From assembly GCA_964194965.1 (NCBI GenBank), contig CAXMQD010000251.1:1-62541 (forward strand): 62,541 nt of DNA. Direction: 5' to 3'. Source of the DNA: an uncultured Acidimicrobiia bacterium (GTDB taxonomy: Bacteria > Pseudomonadota > Alphaproteobacteria > Kiloniellales > J153). The position numbers and the translations under genes are program-made. The notes under the pieces were generated by a model, which did not search any database, was not told where the DNA came from, and saw only the letters and a list, made by a program, of their open reading frames with translations. Below, piece after piece: positions 29,512 to 38,309 of the stretch. Each line of letters starts with the position of its first letter. The first letter of the stretch is position 1.

Positions 29512-30456
29512 ATGTCGAACCAGGCTCTCCCGCAAAGCCCCGCCGCCGCCGTCACGGTGAACGGTGGTCGCGCCGGCGCGCTGTTCGACTGGATCGACAG
29601 AAACCTGCCAATCGTCTTCAATATTCCCACGGTGGTGTTCTTGGCCGGGCTCATAGCCTTCCCGGTCGGGCTGGTGATCGTGACCAGCTTTAGCAACTGG
29701 CAGCTCATTACCAACCAGGAAGCTACGGCGGTCGGCCTGGAGAACTACATAAAAGTCTGGACCGACGAGCGGTGGCTCAGCGCCATCTGGCACACCTTCT
29801 ATTACGCCCTGGCGACGGTGGTCGGACAACTGGTCCTCGGCATGGCAACGGCGCTCTTGTTCAACCGCTCCTTCGCCGGAAAGGCGTTCTATCGCTCGAT
29901 CTGGATGATGCCCATGATCGCCATGTCCACGGCGATCAGCTTGGTGTGGATCCTGTTTTTCGACAACGCCTACGGGGTGCTCAACTATTCCCTGGAGCAC
30001 CTCGGCCTCGGTCCGATCGAATGGACCTCCAGTCCCGAATGGGCCATGCCGTCGCTGATTCTAGTCGGCATCTGGCACCACACGCCCTTCATGACCCTGA
30101 TTCTGCTGGCCGGTCTGCAGTCGCTGCCCATCGACCCCTTCGAGGCGGCGCGCATCGACGGCGCGTCGCGCTGGCAGATACTGATGCACATTACCCTGCC
30201 GTTGATGCAGGGCCATATCATCGTGGCGTTGATTCTGCGCTCGATATTCGCGGTCAAGGAGTTCGACACGATTCTAGCGATCACCGAGGGCGGTCCGCGC
30301 TACGCCACCGAGACGATGAATATGAACATCTATTTCAACGCCTTCGAATACGGCTACATGGGCGAGGCGGCGGCCAAGGGCGTCATATTCTTCGGCTTCA
30401 TTCTGTTGATCCAGGTGATCTTGGTAAAATTGAGAAAGCGGCAATGGTCGTACTGA
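29512..30456 (+). CDS. Sugar ABC transporter permease (MalF/UgpA-like)
   Basis: Track ORF is 29470..30456. I prefer the ATG at 29512 with GGAGGAGGGG upstream. Contains the EAA-type loop 'AARIDGASRWQILMHITLPLM'. Confidence 0.9.
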   Translation: MSNQALPQSPAAAVTVNGGRAGALFDWIDRNLPIVFNIPTVVFLAGLIAFPVGLVIVTSFSNWQLITNQEATAVGLENYIKVWTDERWLSAIWHTFYYALATVVGQLVLGMATALLFNRSFAGKAFYRSIWMMPMIAMSTAISLVWILFFDNAYGVLNYSLEHLGLGPIEWTSSPEWAMPSLILVGIWHHTPFMTLILLAGLQSLPIDPFEAARIDGASRWQILMHITLPLMQGHIIVALILRSIFAVKEFDTILAITEGGPRYATETMNMNIYFNAFEYGYMGEAAAKGVIFFGFILLIQVILVKLRKRQWSY

Positions 30457-31286
30457 AAAAGCTGTTATCCCGCCGGGGCTACAAGATCCTCGAGGCGCTG
30501 ACCACCCAGGTGATGATGATCGCCATTGTGGGGCCGTTCTTCTTTATTTTCTTCTTCATGTTTTGGAACTCGCTGAAGCCGGATTATCTGTTCTTCGAAC
30601 CGGGGACCTGGGTCTTCGAACCGATGTGGAGCAATTACATCGATGTCTATGAACAAAGCGATCTGGTGAGGAACATCGGCAACAGCCTTATCATCTCCAG
30701 CCTGGCGACCTTGATCGGATTGGCGTGTGGCTTGCTCACCGCCTATACGGTGGCGCGCTACGGTCTCCAGAAGCTCGCCATGGCGATCCTGCTGACTCGC
30801 ATGGTCCCCTATATCACCGCTCTGGTGCCGTTCTGGATCGTTTACAAACACGTGGGTCTGCTCAACACCTACACTGGACTGATCCTCTCCCATCTGGTGA
30901 TCACCATCCCCTTCGGGGTCTGGATCATGATCGGCTTCATCGAAGACATCCCGAAGGACCTGGAAGAGGCTGCCTGGATCGACGGCGCCTCGCGCACCCA
31001 GGCCTTCCTCAAGGTGGTCCTGCCGCTCGCCACGCCGGGCATGGTGGCCACGGCGATCCTCTGCTTCATCTTCTCCTGGAACAACTTCCAGTTGGCGCTG
31101 GTCCTGGGCGGTTTCGACGTCACCACGGCGCCGGTCTCGGTGTTCAAGTACGCCGATCCGGAGGCCGGCGGCAGCGGTCAGATGATGGCCGCGGCGACCA
31201 TGGTCACTATTCCGGTCTTCTTCATCGTGCTGGCGATCCAGAAGCAGCTCGCCGCCGGACTCACCGTGGGCGGCATCAGCAAGTAG
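30444..31286 (+). CDS. Sugar ABC transporter permease (MalG/UgpE-like)
   Basis: Only the C-terminal 280 aa of track ORF 29772..31286 is protein-like. The ATG at 30444 overlaps the upstream gene by 13 nt. Contains 'EAAWIDGASRTQAFLKVVLPLATPG'. Confidence 0.9.
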   Translation: MVVLKKLLSRRGYKILEALTTQVMMIAIVGPFFFIFFFMFWNSLKPDYLFFEPGTWVFEPMWSNYIDVYEQSDLVRNIGNSLIISSLATLIGLACGLLTAYTVARYGLQKLAMAILLTRMVPYITALVPFWIVYKHVGLLNTYTGLILSHLVITIPFGVWIMIGFIEDIPKDLEEAAWIDGASRTQAFLKVVLPLATPGMVATAILCFIFSWNNFQLALVLGGFDVTTAPVSVFKYADPEAGGSGQMMAAATMVTIPVFFIVLAIQKQLAAGLTVGGISK

Positions 31287-31296
31287 CGCGGCGGGA

Positions 31297-32793
31297 TCAG
31301 CCGTATCGGGCGGATTGTCCGGGAGGCGGCGTGTAGACGATAGTGCCTTGTTTGGCGATCGCCTCGGTTCCGCCATGGCGCTCGGCCTGGGCCCGCTGGT
31401 CGGCTTTGGCACGGGCGTCCACCGCCTCGGGGTCGACGAAGGCGCGCAGCGCCGATTCCAGGTCCCGGTCCCGGCCATCGGCGGTGCCTTCGGCGACCCG
31501 GTCGTGGGCCTCGATGGGGTCGGCCTCCAGGTCGTAGAGCTGGCTGGCCATGCCGACGTGGTAAATCAGCTTGTCGGCCCCGTCCCGCCACAGGAACCCA
31601 CCGGCTCGGGAGGCCGAGGCATGGAACTCGGCGAAGCCGACGCGGGGCGTTTCCCGCCCGGTCATGGCCGGCCACAGTGAGATGCCCGGCAAATCCCGGT
31701 CCTCCGCCTCCTGGGTCACGCCGGCTCCCTCTAGGATGGTGGGGAAGAGATCCACCGCCGAGGCGATCTGATCCACCGCGCGCCCGGCCGGGATACCGGG
31801 CCCCGCCGCGATCAGTGGCACCCGTACCGCCGGTTCCATCAAGTGGTTCTTGCCGAAGAGGCCGTGATGCCCATAGCTCTCGCCGTGGTCGGAGGTGTAG
31901 ATCACCCGGGTATCGCCCAAGAGATCGAGCCGCTCCGCCGCCGCCATGACTTGGCCGATCTGTTCGTCCAGATGGGTGACCAGGGCGAAGTAGCCGGCGG
32001 CGATGCGCCTCAAGACCGCTTCGTCGTCCATGGTCTGGAACAGCTTCAGCTTGCGGATGTGCTCCAGGGCCGGGTGGCGCGGCATTTCGTCGGGGCGGAA
32101 CAGCACCGGTAAGGGGATCCGGTCGTGGGGGTAGAGATCGTAAAGCCGCTGGGGCACCAGGAACGGCGGGTGCGCGCTCACATAGGAAACCAGCAGCACC
32201 CAGGGCGCGGTCTGGCCGGCCGCCTCTTGCTCCAGCCAGGCGATGGCCTCGCGGGTGATCTCCCGGTCGTAGTCTTGGTACTCGCTCTCGCCAACGCCGG
32301 AGCGCTCCCAATAAAGCTCCCACTGGCCCGGCATGGCCGGTTGCTCGCCGCTCCAGCGCAACAAACCGGTCAAGCCGCCGATTCCGTCGACGATATGCAT
32401 GGGCACGATCTCTCGGACGAAGCCGTTGTCGTCTTCGGTGCTCCGGTAATGCAGCTTGCCGATCGAGACGGTCGGATGGCTTCGTTCCTTCAGCCGGTGG
32501 CCCCAGCTCGCCACCCGCCCGTCGTAGGCGATGCTGTTGTCCCAATACCCGGTTTGATGGGGATAGCGCCCGGTGGCGAGGCTGGCCCGGGCCGGACAGC
32601 ACAAGGGGCTGGCCGAGTAGGAATTGGCGAAGCGTGCGCCCCGGGCCGCGATCTGGTCCAGGTTCGGGGTCTGCACGACCGGATGCCCATAGCAGCCGAG
32701 CAGGTCGCCGGTGTGGTTGTCCGACAGGAAGAAGATGAGGTTTGCAGGCTTGGTCATGGGTCCGTTCGGTGATTCATTACTCCCAGACATCAT
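31297..32793 (-). CDS. Cys-type sulfatase, cytoplasmic, paralog group A
   Basis: 498 aa (alternative start at 32757, 'MTKPANLIFFLSDNH'). Contains '[22 protein letters not shown]' and 'YTSDHGESYGHHG', with the tail 'DPEAVDARAKADQ...VYTPPPGQ'. Confidence 0.9.
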   Translation of the reverse strand: MMSGSNESPNGPMTKPANLIFFLSDNHTGDLLGCYGHPVVQTPNLDQIAARGARFANSYSASPLCCPARASLATGRYPHQTGYWDNSIAYDGRVASWGHRLKERSHPTVSIGKLHYRSTEDDNGFVREIVPMHIVDGIGGLTGLLRWSGEQPAMPGQWELYWERSGVGESEYQDYDREITREAIAWLEQEAAGQTAPWVLLVSYVSAHPPFLVPQRLYDLYPHDRIPLPVLFRPDEMPRHPALEHIRKLKLFQTMDDEAVLRRIAAGYFALVTHLDEQIGQVMAAAERLDLLGDTRVIYTSDHGESYGHHGLFGKNHLMEPAVRVPLIAAGPGIPAGRAVDQIASAVDLFPTILEGAGVTQEAEDRDLPGISLWPAMTGRETPRVGFAEFHASASRAGGFLWRDGADKLIYHVGMASQLYDLEADPIEAHDRVAEGTADGRDRDLESALRAFVDPEAVDARAKADQRAQAERHGGTEAIAKQGTIVYTPPPGQSARYG

Positions 32794-32884
32794 AGGGCAA
32801 ATCGGCTGCGACGGGAACGGCCCGGACTGATATACTAAGACCCGAACGCAAATCCCAGAGTCCTTCGCCGACGACGAGACGATC

Positions 32885-34342
32885 GTGCCCTTGAAGCCGC
32901 AAAACCTTCTGTTCCTGCTGTCCGATCAGCATTCGAGAAAGGCCCTTGGTTGTAGCGGCCATCCGTTGGTGCGAACCCCCAACCTGGACCGCCTGGCCGC
33001 GCGCGGTACCCGGTTCCGCAACGCCTATTGCAACTCGCCGATCTGCGTGCCCTCCCGTGCCAGTTTGGCGACGGGCCGCTACGTCTTCGACATCGGCTAC
33101 TGGGACAACGCCAGGCCGTATGAAGGCTCCGCGCCGTCTTGGGGACACCGGCTCGCCCATCACGGCCATCGGGTGGAGTCTATCGGCAAGCTCCATTTCC
33201 GCTCGACCGCGGATCCGACCGGATTCGCCGAGCAGCACCTTCCCATGCACGTGGTCGGCGGCGCGGGCGACCTCCTTGGCTCGCTCCGGGACGGCACCGC
33301 GATGCTCGCCAAGTATCGGGGCTATCACGAGAACGCGGGCCCGGGGGAATCCACCTATACCGCCTACGACCGGAAAATCACGGCCGCGGCCGTCGACTGG
33401 CTGGGCAACCAGGCGCCCCGATATCAAGACCGGCCCTGGGTGCTGTTCGCCTCCCTGGTCTGTCCGCACCCGCCGTTGTTGGCGCCGGCGGCTTTTTACG
33501 CGCTCTATCCGCCGGACCGGATGCCGTGGCCGACCGACCATGACCCCGGCCGGCGCCCGGAACATCCGGCTCTGGGTGATCTTCGCCGCTTCATGGGCAT
33601 CGACGAACCATTCTCCGAGGACGTGGTGCGCCGCTCGATCTCGGCCTATTTCGGACTTTGCAGCTTCCTGGACGACAACCTGAGCCAGATCCTGGACGCG
33701 CTCGAGGCGTGCGGTCTGGCCGAGACCACTCGGGTCATATATTCCAGCGACCACGGTGAATCCAACGGCAACCAGGGCCTCTGGGGCAAGAGCAACATGT
33801 ACGAAGACTCCGCCGGGGTGCCGCTGATCGTGGCCGGGGAGGGAGTGCCCGAAGGGCTGACCGTGAACACGCCGGTCTCTTTGGTCGACGTTTACCCCAG
33901 CGTTCTGGATTGCGTCGGTCTCGAGCGGCTGGACGACGATCGCCATCTGCCCGGTCGCTCGCTGTTCGATCTGGCCGCGGGCGCCGACCCGGAGCGTCTG
34001 GTGTTCGGCGAGTTCCACGCCGCCGCCTCCAACACCGGGATCTTCATGGTGCGGCGGGGCGATATGAAGTACGTCCATTACGTGGGCTACCCGCCCCAAC
34101 TCTTCGACCTGGCCGAGGATCCGGAGGAGACCGCCGATCTGGCCGCCGACCCGGCCTACGACCAGGTACGCGAGGATCTGGATCGCGTGCTTCGGGAAAT
34201 CGTCGATCCCGAGGCGGTCGATGCCCGGGCCAAGGCCGACCAGGCGGCGCGCATCGCCGCGGCGGGGGGCCGGCGGGCGATCCTGGAGAAGGGCTCCTTC
34301 GGCTACACCCCGGCGCCGGGCGAAGCCGCGGTCTATCGTTAG
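32885..34342 (+). CDS. Cys-type sulfatase, cytoplasmic, paralog group B
   Basis: 485 aa, GTG start. Starts 'MPLKPQNLLFLLSDQHSRKALGCSGHP'. Contains '[22 protein letters not shown]' and '[13 protein letters not shown]', with the tail 'DPEAVDARAKADQ...[13 protein letters not shown]'. Confidence 0.9.
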   Translation: MPLKPQNLLFLLSDQHSRKALGCSGHPLVRTPNLDRLAARGTRFRNAYCNSPICVPSRASLATGRYVFDIGYWDNARPYEGSAPSWGHRLAHHGHRVESIGKLHFRSTADPTGFAEQHLPMHVVGGAGDLLGSLRDGTAMLAKYRGYHENAGPGESTYTAYDRKITAAAVDWLGNQAPRYQDRPWVLFASLVCPHPPLLAPAAFYALYPPDRMPWPTDHDPGRRPEHPALGDLRRFMGIDEPFSEDVVRRSISAYFGLCSFLDDNLSQILDALEACGLAETTRVIYSSDHGESNGNQGLWGKSNMYEDSAGVPLIVAGEGVPEGLTVNTPVSLVDVYPSVLDCVGLERLDDDRHLPGRSLFDLAAGADPERLVFGEFHAAASNTGIFMVRRGDMKYVHYVGYPPQLFDLAEDPEETADLAADPAYDQVREDLDRVLREIVDPEAVDARAKADQAARIAAAGGRRAILEKGSFGYTPAPGEAAVYR

Positions 34343-34350
34343 GTGGGACC

Positions 34351-35850
34351 ATGACCGCGCCCCGCAACCTGGTCTACTTCCAATCCGACAACCACAACCG
34401 GTCGTACCTGGGCTGCTACGGTCATGGTTTGGCGCGGACCCCGGTGCTCGACCGCATCGCGGGCCGGGGCGTTCGCTTCGCCAATGCCTATGCGGCCAGC
34501 GCGCTCTGCTGCCCGGCCCGGGCCAGCCTGGCCACCGGCCGCTATCCGCATCAGACCGGCTATTGGGACAACGCCATCGTTTATGACGGCCGAGTGCCGA
34601 GCTGGATGCACCGCCTGCGCGGCCAGGGCCACCATGTGGCCTCCGTCGGCAAACTGCACTACCGCTCCAGCGAAGACGACAACGGATTTTCCGAGGAGCT
34701 CCTTCCCATGCACATCTTGGGCGCAAAGGGCGGGGTTTCCATGCTGCTACGAGCCATCGACGGCGAACCGGAGAACCTGGGGCAGTGGCAGCTCTATTTG
34801 GAGAAATCCGGCGTCGGCGAGACGCAATATCAGGACTTCGACCGAAAGATCAGCGACCGGGCGATCCGCTGGCTCCGGGAGGACGGCCGGGGCCGGGGCC
34901 GAGACCGGGACCGGGACCGTCCCTGGGTCTTGCACGTCTCCTACGTGAGCCCCCATCCGCCGTTCCTGGTGCCCAAGCGCCTGCTCGAGCTTTTTCCCCC
35001 GGACCAGATCGACTTGCCGCCCCTGTCCTCACCCGAGGCCCGCCCGGACCATCCGGCACTCCGGCATTTGAGAAGGGTGATGGCTTGGGGCGATCTTCGA
35101 CCCGAGGATCTGCGGCGAATCGGCGCCGGTTATCTGGCGCTGATCGCCCACCTCGACGAGCAGGTCGGGCGGGTCATGGCGGCGCTGGAGGACCTGGGGC
35201 TGCTGGAGACGACCCGGGTCCTCTACACCAGCGACCATGGCGAGATGGCGGGTTCTCACGGGCTCCTGGGCAAGTGCAACCTCTATGAGGGCGCCATCGG
35301 CGTGCCCCTGCTGATCGCCGGACCCGAGGTTCCGGCCGGCCGGGTCGTCACCGAGAATGTCTCCCACGTGGACCTCTTCCCGACTCTGGTAAAAGGCGCG
35401 GGCGGCCAGCTCTTGGACCAGGACGCCGACCTGCCGGGCCGCTCCCTCTGGCCTGCCGTTGCCGGCGACGACCGGGCGCGCGGGGTTTTTGCCGAGTACC
35501 ACGCGGCCGGCTCCCGCGCTGGCGCCTTCATGGTGCGGGACGGTCACATGAAACTGATCTATTACGTGAATCTGCCGCCACAACTATTTTGTCTTCTGAA
35601 CGATCCCCAGGAAACTCGCGACCTGGCCCCGGACCCAGACCAGCGGGACACCCTGGCCCGGCTCGAAGGCCTGTTGCGCGCCATATGCGATCCCGAAGCC
35701 GTGGACCGGCGCGCCAAGGCCGATCAGCGGGCCAAGATGGACCACTGGGGCGGAGCCGAGGCGATCAAGGCCGAGGGGATGCTCGTCTACACCCCGCCGC
35801 CGGGCGCGGACCCGGATATCCAAGGCCGCACCGGCGAGACGTCAGGCTAA
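34351..35850 (+). CDS. Cys-type sulfatase, cytoplasmic, paralog group A, with Arg/Asp low-complexity insertion
   Basis: Only the part of track ORF 33910..35850 from the ATG at 34351 (AGGTGGGA upstream) is sulfatase-like. Starts 'MTAPRNLVYFQSDNHNRSYLGCYGHG'. Contains '[22 protein letters not shown]' and 'YTSDHGEMAGSHG'. Confidence 0.9.
   Translation: MTAPRNLVYFQSDNHNRSYLGCYGHGLARTPVLDRIAGRGVRFANAYAASALCCPARASLATGRYPHQTGYWDNAIVYDGRVPSWMHRLRGQGHHVASVGKLHYRSSEDDNGFSEELLPMHILGAKGGVSMLLRAIDGEPENLGQWQLYLEKSGVGETQYQDFDRKISDRAIRWLREDGRGRGRDRDRDRPWVLHVSYVSPHPPFLVPKRLLELFPPDQIDLPPLSSPEARPDHPALRHLRRVMAWGDLRPEDLRRIGAGYLALIAHLDEQVGRVMAALEDLGLLETTRVLYTSDHGEMAGSHGLLGKCNLYEGAIGVPLLIAGPEVPAGRVVTENVSHVDLFPTLVKGAGGQLLDQDADLPGRSLWPAVAGDDRARGVFAEYHAAGSRAGAFMVRDGHMKLIYYVNLPPQLFCLLNDPQETRDLAPDPDQRDTLARLEGLLRAICDPEAVDRRAKADQRAKMDHWGGAEAIKAEGMLVYTPPPGADPDIQGRTGETSG
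34886..34921 (+). repeat. In-frame hexanucleotide-like tract (GGCCGG/GACCGG units) encoding GRGRGRDRDRDR
   Basis: The tract ggccggggccggggccgagaccgggaccgggaccgt lies inside the 34351 sulfatase. The closest paralog (31297) has 'EQEAAGQTAPWVLL' where this gene has 'EDGRGRGRDRDRDRPWVLH'. Confidence 0.6.
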
Positions 35851-35881
35851 GTGCCGCCGATCTCCGGCAGGGGCCGGCCGA

Positions 35882-37336
35882 TCAGTCGAAGAGCGGCGCC
35901 TGTCCCGGCGCCGGCGTATAACCGAAGTCGCCGCGGGTCCGGATCGCCTCAAGCCCGCCGTTGGCCTCGATACGGGCCTGCTGGTCGCGGAACGCGCGCT
36001 CGTTGACCGCTTCCGGATCGAGGATAGCGCGCAGCTTGGCCTCGCACTGCGCGACGACGCCTCGGTGATCCACGCTGGTGCCCAGGTCGCGGGCCTCCCG
36101 GGGATCGGCCTCCAGGTCGAAGAGCTGGGGGACCTCGCCCACGTAGTGGACGTACTTCCATTTGCCGTCGCGGATCATGAAGAATCCCGTGGACGAGCCT
36201 GCCGCGTGGTATTCGCTCAGCACCGTGCGCTCGGGTCTCTCGCCGGCGGCCATGCGCAGCAGCGAGTGCCCGGGCATGTGATGTTGCTCCTCTTCGGTGA
36301 GCGCGAGACCGGCACCTTCCAGGATCGTCTGGTGGCAATCGACCAGGGAGACCGGCTCGGCCACAACATGGCCCGCCGGCACATCTGGACCGGCCAGGAT
36401 CATGGGTATCTTGGCCGCTTCCTCGTACATCACCGATTTGCCCCAAAGACCTCGGTGGCCGATATTGTCGCCGTGGTCGGAGGTGTAAAGGATGCGCGTG
36501 GTTTCGTTGTGGCCATTGGCTTTGAGCGCATCGAGCACCAGGCCGATGTTGTGATCCAGCAGCGAGACCATGCCGAAATAGGCCGAGCGCGCGACCCGGA
36601 CCGTCTGGTCGTCGAAATAGGGGTCGTAGGCCAGCACCTGACTTAAAGTCTCGATCACCGGGTGGGTCGGCCGCTCGTCGCGACCGTAGAATCGCGGCCA
36701 AGGCAGGGAGTCCGGCGGATAGAGGTCGTAATATTCCTGCGGCGCGATCAGCGGGAAATGCGGCAGCACGAAACCGACGAACAACACCCACGGTCGGTCG
36801 CCGTATTTGGGCGCCTCTTCGGCGAGCCAGCGGCGGGCCTCTTCGGCGGTGCTGGCGTCGTAGCGGATATAAGTGGAATCGCCGGGTCCGGATTGCGCCG
36901 CGAGCTGCTTGGCGCCGCCGCGCTCTACGAGGTCCCGGCGCTCCAGCCCGAGCAGATCGCCCAGGCCGTCCACGACGTTGAGCGTGTCGATCTCATGGGT
37001 GAAGCCGTTGGCGTCCTCGGAGTCGCGATAGTGCAGCTTTCCGATCGCGGTCACCTCGTGGCCGGCATCGATTAACCGCTGCCCCCAGCCCTGCGGGTCG
37101 CCGGTGTAGGGATGGGCGTTGTCCCAATTGCCGATCTGGTGGACGTAGCGCCCCGTCGCCAGGCTCGCCCGGGCCGGCACGCAGATCGGGCAGTTGGTAT
37201 AGGCCTGATCGAAGCGCGTGCCGCCGGCGGCCAGACTGTCAAGAACCGGAGTCCGCACGATGGGGTCTCCGTAACAGCCCGTGATCTCCTGAGTGTGCTC
37301 GTCAGAAAAAATGAACAGCAGATTCCTTGGTGTCAT
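35882..37336 (-). CDS. Cys-type sulfatase, cytoplasmic, paralog group B
   Basis: 484 aa. Starts 'MTPRNLLFIFSDEHTQEITGCYGDP'. Contains '[22 protein letters not shown]' and 'YTSDHGDNIGHRG', with the tail 'DPEAVNERAFRDQ...GYTPAPGQAPLFD'. Confidence 0.9.
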   Translation of the reverse strand: MTPRNLLFIFSDEHTQEITGCYGDPIVRTPVLDSLAAGGTRFDQAYTNCPICVPARASLATGRYVHQIGNWDNAHPYTGDPQGWGQRLIDAGHEVTAIGKLHYRDSEDANGFTHEIDTLNVVDGLGDLLGLERRDLVERGGAKQLAAQSGPGDSTYIRYDASTAEEARRWLAEEAPKYGDRPWVLFVGFVLPHFPLIAPQEYYDLYPPDSLPWPRFYGRDERPTHPVIETLSQVLAYDPYFDDQTVRVARSAYFGMVSLLDHNIGLVLDALKANGHNETTRILYTSDHGDNIGHRGLWGKSVMYEEAAKIPMILAGPDVPAGHVVAEPVSLVDCHQTILEGAGLALTEEEQHHMPGHSLLRMAAGERPERTVLSEYHAAGSSTGFFMIRDGKWKYVHYVGEVPQLFDLEADPREARDLGTSVDHRGVVAQCEAKLRAILDPEAVNERAFRDQQARIEANGGLEAIRTRGDFGYTPAPGQAPLFD

Positions 37337-37560
37337 AGATGAGTCCCCATTCGTGTCATCGTAGCGCGATTACCGGCCGCCTATTCTGGCGCCTCTTGTC
37401 TCTCGATTCGAGAATCCGCTGAAACTACGCGTGGAACACCGATTTTTCAACGAACCATGTGTGCCGAACGTCCAGCAACAAGGCTTGATGCACGGTATCC
37501 GAGATCTTGCTCGGCGCGGAATCTCGCCTGTGCCGGTCCCTCGCCGACCGGCCGCCCCGT

Positions 37561-38289
37561 TTAACGCTTGTTGGCTTGTCGCCAGGCTTTGAACTTTACC
37601 TGCGTTTCTTCCATCGTTGCCGGGTAAAGTCCGACGATGGATTCACCCTTCAGCACTTGTTCTTCGACAAAATCTTCAAAAGCTGTCATCTCGTGCGCTT
37701 CTTTGGTGATGTCGTTGGCCATGTGGGCGGGGATGACGACAACGCCTTCACCATCGCCAACGACGATGTCGCCCGGGAATACCGGCGCGTCACCACACCC
37801 TATTGGCACGTTAATATCAACGGCGCGGTGCAGGGTCAGGTTAGTCGGCGCGGACGGACGATTATGGTAAGCCGCGAACGGCAGCTCCGCGATGGTTGGG
37901 GAATCCCGAAAACCACCATCTGTGACAATACCCGAAACACCGCGTTTCATCAGGCGGGTGATCAGAATGCTGCCGGCTGACGCGGCGCGCGCGTCCTTGC
38001 GGCTGTCGATAACCATGACATGACCGGGCGGACAATCTTCCACCGCTTTGCGCTGCGGATGGGCTGGGTCCCTGAAAACCTCGATACTGTCCAGGTCTTC
38101 ACGCGACGGCATATAACGCAGGGTAAAGGCTTCGCCGACCATATTGTCTTTCTGAGGGCCGACCGGCCGGACATCCTGGATGAACATGTTCTTGAGTCCG
38201 CGTTTGAACAGTGCCGTCGACAGGGTTGCGGTGCTGACGTGTGCGAGCCGCGCGCGGTTCTCGGCGCTCAATGTTTCAGTCATAGCCAA
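37561..38289 (-). CDS. RraA-family protein (HMG/CHA-aldolase-like; candidate 2-keto-3-deoxy-acid aldolase)
   Basis: 242 aa. 'GHVMVIDSRKDARAASAGSILITRLMKRGVSGIVTDGGFRD' matches the RraA/dimethylmenaquinone-methyltransferase fold signature. It is 20 nt downstream of the IlvD/Edd gene. Confidence 0.8.
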   Translation of the reverse strand: MAMTETLSAENRARLAHVSTATLSTALFKRGLKNMFIQDVRPVGPQKDNMVGEAFTLRYMPSREDLDSIEVFRDPAHPQRKAVEDCPPGHVMVIDSRKDARAASAGSILITRLMKRGVSGIVTDGGFRDSPTIAELPFAAYHNRPSAPTNLTLHRAVDINVPIGCGDAPVFPGDIVVGDGEGVVVIPAHMANDITKEAHEMTAFEDFVEEQVLKGESIVGLYPATMEETQVKFKAWRQANKR

Positions 38290-38309
38290 TTTTCTCCGCT
38301 TTTCGATCG

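Noticed and set aside
31178-32602. 474-aa minus-strand ORF in a different frame from sulfatase 31297..32793
   Set aside because: It is out of frame with a well-supported sulfatase, and its sequence is extremely Arg/Pro/Gly-rich.
32777-34726. 649-aa minus-strand ORF opposite two sulfatase genes
   Set aside because: The plus-strand frames carry complete sulfatase motifs (CVPSR/CCPAR, SDHGE). The minus-strand product is Arg/Gly/Pro-rich low complexity.
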